Shown: positions 57,526 through 64,000 of the stretch, piece after piece
How positions within the stretch are numbered: position 1 is the first letter of the stretch
How the letters are laid out: each line of letters starts with the position of its first letter
Source of the DNA: an uncultured cyanobacterium
GTDB taxonomy: Bacteria > Cyanobacteriota > Cyanobacteriia > Cyanobacteriales > CAWCAG01
Reading direction: 5' to 3'
NCBI GenBank assembly: GCA_963803805.1
Contig: CAWDOD010000011.1
Span: 480,001 to 544,000 of the forward strand
Length of the DNA: 64,000 nt
Program-made: the position numbers and the translations under genes
Notes under the pieces: model-generated
Told to the model about the DNA's origin: nothing
The model's input: the letters and a program-made list of their open reading frames with translations, nothing else
Database searches by the model: none

Positions 57526-58374
57526 ATGAAACGAAAGATTCTTTGGACAGTATTATTAGCCATCAGTACCAGTTTTATAAATAGCTGTACTCCAAAAACT
57601 GGGCAACCTACAGGAGTAGTGACAACCCAGCAAGAAGTTAAGATTACAGGTTCAGGTAGTACTTATCCTGCCTTAGAAAGTTTAGTTAGTGCTTACGAAG
57701 CTGAAAATCAAGCTGCTGAAATTACCTTTTTACCCCAAAGCCAGTCAGATAGTGGCATTGTTGCAGTGAATCAAGGATTAGTGAATTTGGGGGGAGTTAG
57801 TAGAAAGTTAAAGCCCCAAGAAAAAAGTGACTCCATTGAATATCGAGAATTAGCCAAAGATGCTTTGGTAGTGGCTACCCATTCTAGTGTTGAAGATGTG
57901 ACAAACCTAAATACAGAGCAACTTAAAGGTATATATAGTGGAGAAATAACTAATTGGCAAGAAGTTGGGGGGCCAAATGCAGAAATTGTGGTGCTGGATC
58001 GACCGGAGGATGAGTCGGGAAAGCGTCTGTTAAGGGAATACTACTTGGGTAAAGAACTCAAGAATGCCCCAGAAGCAATAATTATGCGCCAAGAAGGAGA
58101 ATTAATTGAGGCGGTGGAAGATACTGCCTATAGTATCGGCGCTTTTTCCCTTGCCTACGCGATCGCCAATGATCTGTCAGTTAACCGTCTTAGTCTTGAT
58201 GGGGTTGAACCCACAGCAGCTAATGTTAAAGCCAATAAGTATGAAATGGTACGCAACATTGGTATTATTTATAACCCCAAGCCTTCAAAAGAAACTCAGA
58301 AGTTTCTTGACTTTATTTTTAGTGAAGAAGGAGCAAAGCAATTACAAGAAAACGGTTTTATTTCTTCTTTTTGA
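57526..58374 (+). CDS. PstS-like phosphate-binding lipoprotein
   Basis: Lipobox FINSC, ITGSGST, LAKDAL, IYSGEITNWQEVGG. Confidence 0.8.
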   Translation: MKRKILWTVLLAISTSFINSCTPKTGQPTGVVTTQQEVKITGSGSTYPALESLVSAYEAENQAAEITFLPQSQSDSGIVAVNQGLVNLGGVSRKLKPQEKSDSIEYRELAKDALVVATHSSVEDVTNLNTEQLKGIYSGEITNWQEVGGPNAEIVVLDRPEDESGKRLLREYYLGKELKNAPEAIIMRQEGELIEAVEDTAYSIGAFSLAYAIANDLSVNRLSLDGVEPTAANVKANKYEMVRNIGIIYNPKPSKETQKFLDFIFSEEGAKQLQENGFISSF

Positions 58375-58382
58375 GCAGAGGT

Positions 58383-59381
58383 TTATGGATTGACGGGCGA
58401 CTCAATTTTAGAACCATAGGCTTTACTAAGGGAGCGCTGATAACTAGGATCATAATGATAAGTTAATAAATCTCCTACCAATTCTCGCCACTTACCCTGA
58501 TCAATAAAACTATACCACTGAGCGATTTTTGCTTTACCGTAGCGGGATGTTAGCATCTTCAGTTTATCTTTCAAAAAGTCAGGATTGGCGATTAAGTGGG
58601 GATATTCTTGCAACAACCCATCAATTCTTGCTTCTAAAGGTAATTGAACTTCTACGCAACTTCCTTGCTTCATCATTTCCCAAAGGACAGGAGGTAAATA
58701 ACATTTACCAATTTTGTTACTTTCGGACTCTACCCAAACTGGCTTTTGAGGAGAAAATTGCTTGAATTTTTCTAGGAGTAGGGATTCAAAACGCTTTTGG
58801 GAAGGTTGAGATTGAGGTTCCCCAAGCCAAGCTTCCCCTAACAAAGAACCACGATGATTAGCGAGTGCTTCTAAGTCTAAGACTTGTGTACCTTGATTAG
58901 CTAAATTTTGCAAAATATAAGTTTTGCCTGTACCAGTTAAACCGCACAACACCTTATAGGTAAACTGTTGTGGCAATTGAGAAAGTTGTCCCCTTACATA
59001 GGCGCGATAGGTTTTGTAACCCCCTTCAATGATGGTTGTACGCCAGCCAATTTGCGATAAAATAACTGCCATACTATAGGAACGCTGCCCCCCACGCCAA
59101 CAATAAACCAGGGGATAATAATCTTTCCCCTTGTGAGCAAAATGATTACTGAGGTAGCCAGACATATTTTTGGCAACTAAAGCCGCACCAACTTTACGGG
59201 CAGCAAAGGGAGACTCTTGTTTATAGATGGTTCCCACCTTCTCCCTTTCAGTGTCATTAAGTACCGGTAAATTAATCGCCCCAGGAAAATAATCTTCTCT
59301 AAACTCACTTTCTGAGCGTACATCAATAATGTCACTGTAAGTTTCTTGCCAAGGGGTTTTAGTATAAACTGGCGATCGCAC
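58383..59381 (-). CDS. mnmH: tRNA 2-selenouridine synthase
   Basis: Rhodanese IIDVRSESEF...YCWRGGQRS, GGYK.YR, P-loop GLTGTGKT, LANHRGS, ESESNKIG. Confidence 0.92.
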   Translation of the reverse strand: MRSPVYTKTPWQETYSDIIDVRSESEFREDYFPGAINLPVLNDTEREKVGTIYKQESPFAARKVGAALVAKNMSGYLSNHFAHKGKDYYPLVYCWRGGQRSYSMAVILSQIGWRTTIIEGGYKTYRAYVRGQLSQLPQQFTYKVLCGLTGTGKTYILQNLANQGTQVLDLEALANHRGSLLGEAWLGEPQSQPSQKRFESLLLEKFKQFSPQKPVWVESESNKIGKCYLPPVLWEMMKQGSCVEVQLPLEARIDGLLQEYPHLIANPDFLKDKLKMLTSRYGKAKIAQWYSFIDQGKWRELVGDLLTYHYDPSYQRSLSKAYGSKIESPVNP

Positions 59382-59411
59382 CTTTTTTTTAATCTGTTGA
59401 ATGTTTGCTAT

Positions 59412-59476
59412 GGAGGGGAGATGGGGAGATGGGGGGATAGGGAGAAAACAACTAGCAACTAGCCATTAGCCATTAG
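59412..59476. repeat. Compound tandem repeat: GGGAGAT(G/A)-type octamers followed by (CAACTAG)2(CCATTAG)2
   Basis: Read directly from the sequence. The same units occur at 34082-34112 and 3234-3261. Confidence 0.8.
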
Positions 59477-59989
59477 CTAATTCCCCGCATTCTTCTGAGC
59501 ATATTGCAAATACCCTTCATATTCTCCCGCTTTTTCCTGTGCTACTTGATAGTTAGTATCTCCTTGAGGGACAGCTTTCATGAGGGCGATCGCATTTTGC
59601 CAAAGGGTTGCTACGTTTTGCCACTCTTGCTGAGTTTGTGCTGTTTGGGTTAAATTAGCTGCTTCTTGAGCATTTTTAACTGCATCATAGAAAGGAACTT
59701 CTGAAGCTGGGGCATTTGCTGGGGCGGCAGCAGCAGGAGATTCTGTTTCTGTAGGAGAGGCTTCTGTTGTAGCAGGAGACTCAGTTGTAGCAGGAGACTC
59801 AGTTGTAGCAGGAGACTCAGTTGTAGCAGGAGACTCTGTAGCAACAGGGGCTTCACCCGCAGGAGGTTCAGTAACTACTTCAGCATCACCGCCACTATTA
59901 GCAAAAAAGATATTATAAACTTGCCATAATCCTAAGCCAACGGCAATTACTGCTAAGACAGCGAGAAGATATTTAAAAGGTTTCGACAT
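59477..59989 (-). CDS. Membrane-anchored hypothetical protein with an ATTESP linker and a helical C-terminal domain
   Basis: N-terminal TM, Pro/Thr/Ala-rich repeat linker, C-terminal A...TQTAQT.QEW..VA..W..AI.LMKAVP domain. Confidence 0.8.
   Translation of the reverse strand: MSKPFKYLLAVLAVIAVGLGLWQVYNIFFANSGGDAEVVTEPPAGEAPVATESPATTESPATTESPATTESPATTEASPTETESPAAAAPANAPASEVPFYDAVKNAQEAANLTQTAQTQQEWQNVATLWQNAIALMKAVPQGDTNYQVAQEKAGEYEGYLQYAQKNAGN
59765..59843 (-). repeat. 18-bp coding tandem repeat (ATTESP), about 4 copies
   Basis: GTTGTAGCAGGAGACTCA is repeated on the plus strand. Confidence 0.9.
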
Positions 59990-60033
59990 TTGCTTTCCTG
60001 AAATTATAAATTAGCTAGTTTAAAAGGAAGTAA

Positions 60034-60133
60034 CTAGTGGCCTGTCAATTTTCAATTGACGGGTATAAGGGGAAAAGGGCAATATGTTTGTTTTTTCAAG
60101 CTATTCCCAAATTCAATCTAGACAAACCACTAG
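60034..60133. mobile_element. MITE-like element, 100 bp
   Basis: Left CTAGTGGCCTGTC; the right end reverse-complemented is CTAGTGGTTTGTC (11 of 13 match). No ORF inside. Confidence 0.65.
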
Positions 60134-60163
60134 GAGGCAATATACCCAATTTTTTGGTTTAAG

Positions 60164-61927
60164 TTAATAACCTAAAGTTAAAGCACCGGGTTTACGAGGG
60201 TCAGAAGCCCCGTATAATTTACCTTCTATGCTCATAACACTTTGTGTACTTCCCATAGCCTCTTGAACATTGACTTCATAACCTTTCTCCTTTAACAAAC
60301 TAATAGTATCCTCGTTTAACCCCCGCTCTATCCTCAATTCATCTGGCAACCATTGATGATGAACCCTTACCGCATTAGTTGCTGTGGCGATATTCATTTT
60401 GTGGTCAATTACATTCATAATAATTTGGAGGGTAGTAGTAATAATACGACTGCCCCCAGGACTACCGGTAACTAAAAACGGTTCACCATCTTTGGTAACA
60501 ATGGTGGGTGTCATGGAACTCAGCATTCTTTTTTCTGGTTCAATGGCATTAAATTCTCCACCAATTAAACCATAGGCATTAGGTACTCCAGATTTAGCAG
60601 AGAAATCATCCATTTGATTATTTAATAAAATCCCTGTTCCTGGCACAACAATACCGCTACCGTAGCTAAAATTTAAAGTATAAGTGTTAGATACAGCATT
60701 ACCATAACTATCAACAATAGAATAATGGGTCGTTTCATTGCTCTCTTGTGACTGAAGGTTGCCAGGAGCAATATTTTGACTGGGAGTTGCTTGGTTCAAG
60801 TTGATTTTTGCTGCTAATTGACGGGCGTAACTTTGAGAAGTTAACCAAGCTATGGGAACCTCAACAAAATCACTATCTCCTAAATAGCGGGAACGATCTG
60901 CGTAGGCAAATTTCATGGTTTCTGCCATTAAATGAATAGTTTGGGCGGTATTATGCCCTGACTTTTCAATGGGGAATTTTTCTAGAACATTTAACATCTG
61001 TACCAAATGAACCCCTCCTGAACTAGGGGGAGGCATAGAATAAATTTGGTAGCCGCGATAATTCCCCTTAATTGGTTGGCGAATTACTGGTTCGTAAGCT
61101 GCTAAATCTTCTTTAGTAATTAACCCCCCCTCAGCCTTCATCTCCATCACAATTTTGTCAGCAATGGAACCTTGGTAAAAGGCTTTTTCTCCTTCAGTTG
61201 CAATTAATTTTAGGCTATTAGCAAGGTCTTTTTGTACTAGTATATCCCCAATTTTGTAAGGGATTTTTCCTTCCTTAAAAAAGATTTCTCGACTAGCAGG
61301 GTGCAAGTATAAATACTTTTTCATCCCCAACAAAGAGTCCCTTAAATCTCCATCAACTATAAAACCTTTTTCTGCTAAGTCAATAGCTGGTTGTAAAGCA
61401 CGTTCTAAAGAAATTGTCCCGTATTTTTCTAAAGCTAAACTCATCCCCGCAACAGTTCCCGGTACTCCCACTGCTAAATGACTAAACCGCGACTTTTCTT
61501 GATCAACTTCCCCATTAGCATCAAGGAACATATCCCTAGTTGCTGCTTGGGGGGCTTTTTCTCGGTAGTCAATGGCAATGGTTTCGTTACCCTCCCTTAA
61601 ATGAATGAGCATAAACCCCCCACCCCCAACATTACCTGCCCGTGGTAAGGTTACAGCTAAGGTGAAAGCAACGGTTACTGCTGCATCAACGGCATTTCCC
61701 CCCTCTTGTAAAACTTGCAATCCTGCCTTAGTTGCTAGGGCTTCTTGAGAAGCAACCATACCCTTTTCACTAACCACAGGATGAAATATGTCTTCATAGC
61801 TATAAATAGCGCTTTCTTGAGCTAAGCTACTCTTAGGAAGAAGTTGGCAGAAAAACATAAGCAAGAAGAAAATTTTTCTTCTGCCTAAACTGGTAATTAT
61901 TAAGTAAATATTCTTACTAAAAAACAT
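60164..61927 (-). CDS. ggt: Gamma-glutamyltransferase
   Basis: GGNAVDAAV, IDYREKAP, PPPSSGG, cleavage site ETTHYS, LLNNQMDDF, LSSMTP, GSPGGSRI. Confidence 0.95.
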   Translation of the reverse strand: MFFSKNIYLIITSLGRRKIFFLLMFFCQLLPKSSLAQESAIYSYEDIFHPVVSEKGMVASQEALATKAGLQVLQEGGNAVDAAVTVAFTLAVTLPRAGNVGGGGFMLIHLREGNETIAIDYREKAPQAATRDMFLDANGEVDQEKSRFSHLAVGVPGTVAGMSLALEKYGTISLERALQPAIDLAEKGFIVDGDLRDSLLGMKKYLYLHPASREIFFKEGKIPYKIGDILVQKDLANSLKLIATEGEKAFYQGSIADKIVMEMKAEGGLITKEDLAAYEPVIRQPIKGNYRGYQIYSMPPPSSGGVHLVQMLNVLEKFPIEKSGHNTAQTIHLMAETMKFAYADRSRYLGDSDFVEVPIAWLTSQSYARQLAAKINLNQATPSQNIAPGNLQSQESNETTHYSIVDSYGNAVSNTYTLNFSYGSGIVVPGTGILLNNQMDDFSAKSGVPNAYGLIGGEFNAIEPEKRMLSSMTPTIVTKDGEPFLVTGSPGGSRIITTTLQIIMNVIDHKMNIATATNAVRVHHQWLPDELRIERGLNEDTISLLKEKGYEVNVQEAMGSTQSVMSIEGKLYGASDPRKPGALTLGY

Positions 61928-62137
61928 GAGGTTTGCTTATTTTTTAAATTGGCTAAATTTGCTTAGTGATTCTACTAATTTAAGTACTTTTTCTTACCCG
62001 AAAGATAGTTATCAAGAAAAAATCTTAAATCAACCCTAAACGTATACGCAATAATCTACATCAGCCTTACACAATAAATATAAATAGTCTAGATAAAAAC
62101 TTACATCTTTTTTTAGCCCTACAGAAAATAAGCAATC

Positions 62138-63472
62138 ATGCATCTGAATAATCCCCCTAACTCTCTTTCTGTGATAGAGACTAATTGTAATAATCAACCT
62201 CAAGTATCTGATTTTATGGCAACGGATATTATCCAAGCTAAGGCGACGGCTTTGGGGGTAGAAATAGTGCAGCAGATGGCAGAAAATAGCGTTGGTTATG
62301 TAGTTATCACAGAAATTAATAATTCTTCTTTAACTGTACCTATTGGTATTATTACTAACCAAGATATTGTCCAACTTATAGCTAGGGGACAAGATTTACA
62401 AAAAGTATTAGCACAAACAGTTATGAGTAGTTCTTTGTTTTGTACAAAATCTTCTACTCATCTCCGGCTAGCTTACCAAGAAATGGTTCAGCAGCAGATT
62501 AGCCATTTAGTAGTAGTAGGAAGTCAAGGAGAATTACAAGGAGTTATTACAGAAAGCAATTTGCTTAAAGGACTAGCTAATTTATCAGACTATAGCCTAG
62601 AATGTCAGCTAGAAAAGCAGCCAAAAATTAATCACCTCAAACAATTTACAGAGCAACTAGGAATCGCTGTTGAACAACACGAGCTTTATCAAAATGTTCA
62701 ACAAGAATTAGCAGAAAGTAAACAAGTTGAATCTTCTTTAAAAAAGCTCAATGAAAATTTACAACTTTCCCTCAAAGAACGCACGAATGCTTTAGAAATA
62801 GCTCAATCAGAAGTAAACAAAGAAGCGATTATTTTTGCTCAAGTAGAAAGAGCCTGGCAACAAACCAATGCTCAACTACAAGCTGTTTTAGATGCTGTAC
62901 CGGGTTGTATTTCTTGGATTAGTGCTGATTTAAAATATTTAGGAGTTAATCGGCAGTTAGCAGAACTTTCTAATGCTTCTCCCGAAGAATTTATTAACCA
63001 ACCCATTGATGTTTTTGATTCTTACGATGTCTTCACTAATTACACAAAACAGTTTTTTGCTAGCTCTTTACAACAAGATTTTAAAGAGATTGAAGTAATA
63101 CAAAACGATGTTACGGTGACTTACTTAATTGTGGCTAGAAAGTATTGTCAAGGACAAGCCGCAGTATTTGTTGGTATTGACATTAGTGAACGCAAGCAAG
63201 CAGAGCAAGAATTACAAAAAGCATTAGCAAAAGAAAAGGAACTCAACGAACTCAAAACTCGTTTTGTAACGACAACTTCCCACGAGTTTCGCACTCCTTT
63301 AACCACTATATTAGGTGCTACAGAATTGCTAAGCCATTATAGTCATCTCTGGGATGAAGAAAAAAAGCAACGCTACCTAACTCGCATTCAAACTAAGGTA
63401 GAATATATGACCAAGATGTTAGATGATATTTTACTAATTAGCCAAACAGATTCGAGAACACGCTATTTTTGA
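62138..63472 (+). CDS. CBS-PAS-HisKA protein lacking the HATPase domain
   Basis: CBS pair (GIITNQDIV, GVITESNL), PAS (YLGVN...VGIDISERK), H-box SHEFRTPL, then a stop about 60 aa later. Confidence 0.75.
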   Translation: MHLNNPPNSLSVIETNCNNQPQVSDFMATDIIQAKATALGVEIVQQMAENSVGYVVITEINNSSLTVPIGIITNQDIVQLIARGQDLQKVLAQTVMSSSLFCTKSSTHLRLAYQEMVQQQISHLVVVGSQGELQGVITESNLLKGLANLSDYSLECQLEKQPKINHLKQFTEQLGIAVEQHELYQNVQQELAESKQVESSLKKLNENLQLSLKERTNALEIAQSEVNKEAIIFAQVERAWQQTNAQLQAVLDAVPGCISWISADLKYLGVNRQLAELSNASPEEFINQPIDVFDSYDVFTNYTKQFFASSLQQDFKEIEVIQNDVTVTYLIVARKYCQGQAAVFVGIDISERKQAEQELQKALAKEKELNELKTRFVTTTSHEFRTPLTTILGATELLSHYSHLWDEEKKQRYLTRIQTKVEYMTKMLDDILLISQTDSRTRYF

Positions 63473-63519
63473 TAATTGTACGGCTTTACCTTTGTGGTAG
63501 ACTAAATTGATAATTAGAG

Positions 63520-64000
63520 TTAAGTCCCAAAAGCGCGATCCCCTGCATCTCCTAAACCAGGAACAATAAAACCTTGCTCATTTAATGCTTCATCAATAAT
63601 TGCTGTATAAATATTGAGACTGGGGTAAGTTTGTCCCAACTTTTGTAAGGCTGGCGGTGCTGCTACTACAGAAATTATTCTCATTAAACCAGGATCTGCA
63701 CCACTATTAGTTAATTTTTCCATCGCTGCCATAATAGAACCCCCAGTAGCTAACATAGGTTCTAAAATAATGATACGGGTTTGAGGGAGAAACTGTTTGG
63801 GTAAATTATCTAAATAGCAACTTGGTTTGAGGGTTTCTTCATTTCTGGATAAACCAAGATGATAGGTTGAAACTATAGGTAAAACAGTCTGTGCGCCATC
63901 TAACAAAGCTAACCCTGCCCGTAAAATTGGGACAACAGCTATGGGTACTTGAGGATCAATCGTTACCCCTGAAGCCTGGGCTAGGGGGGTTTGGACTTGC
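63520..64000 (-). CDS. upp: Uracil phosphoribosyltransferase; 5' partial
   Basis: The frame is open to the window edge: VVPILRAGL...PMLATGGS...FIVPGLGDAGDRAFGT. Confidence 0.95.
   Translation of the reverse strand, partial: QVQTPLAQASGVTIDPQVPIAVVPILRAGLALLDGAQTVLPIVSTYHLGLSRNEETLKPSCYLDNLPKQFLPQTRIIILEPMLATGGSIMAAMEKLTNSGADPGLMRIISVVAAPPALQKLGQTYPSLNIYTAIIDEALNEQGFIVPGLGDAGDRAFGT

Larger units (their letters stand above)
1..64000. repeat. HIP1 octamer GCGATCGC, dispersed
   Basis: More than 30 copies seen by eye (e.g. 3131, 15362, 35401, 59372). Fewer than one would be expected by chance in AT-rich DNA of this length. Confidence 0.9.

Noticed and set aside
57526-59381. Functional link between the PstS-like gene and mnmH (selenium uptake)
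   Set aside because: The genes are convergent, there is no selD or permease nearby, and nothing beyond adjacency supports it.
59765-59843. Repeats as a CRISPR array (also 40267-40350)
   Set aside because: These are head-to-tail in-frame coding repeats with no spacers, and no cas genes are present.
1456-62236. Numerous 60-130 aa ORFs nested in or antisense to long genes (e.g. 1456-1923, 20871-21254, 42444-42985, 51140-51445, 62036-62236)
   Set aside because: They overlap well-supported CDSs and show no independent motifs, so they are treated as shadow ORFs.

Overview
This is an AT-rich cyanobacterial chromosomal segment. It has more than 30 HIP1 octamers (GCGATCGC, counted by eye), a cyanoexosortase, ycf46/ycf35-type genes, a CruP-like gene and heptamer tandem repeats. 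It carries about 50 CDSs and is dense in signalling genes: a Cph1-like kinase end with Rcp1 and a GGDEF/EAL protein, two class III adenylate cyclases, several hybrid kinases and two cNMP-domain membrane proteins. Housekeeping genes include crtE, clpS, recG, mnmH/selU, ggt and upp. No rRNA, tRNA or CRISPR array was recognised. The best candidate for an undescribed system is a compact three-gene operon at 34249-36857. It encodes a divergent Lgt paralog, a radical SAM enzyme carrying the metal-site motifs of the tetraether synthase (Tes/GDGT-MAS, MJ0619) family, and a small 3-TM protein with a lipobox-like Cys near its C-terminus. Together these suggest protein lipidation coupled to lipid-chain C-C chemistry. 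Other notable items are a fabD-like gene heading a kinase/cyclase operon whose cyclase has a tandem DHp pair, an ABC-ATPase plus broken nuclease-like pair, an Rpn gene with a possible internal antitoxin, four apparent +1 frameshifts, several MITE/REP elements, and oriented heptamer arrays that follow stop codons. All family assignments come from motif recognition by eye; no searches were run.
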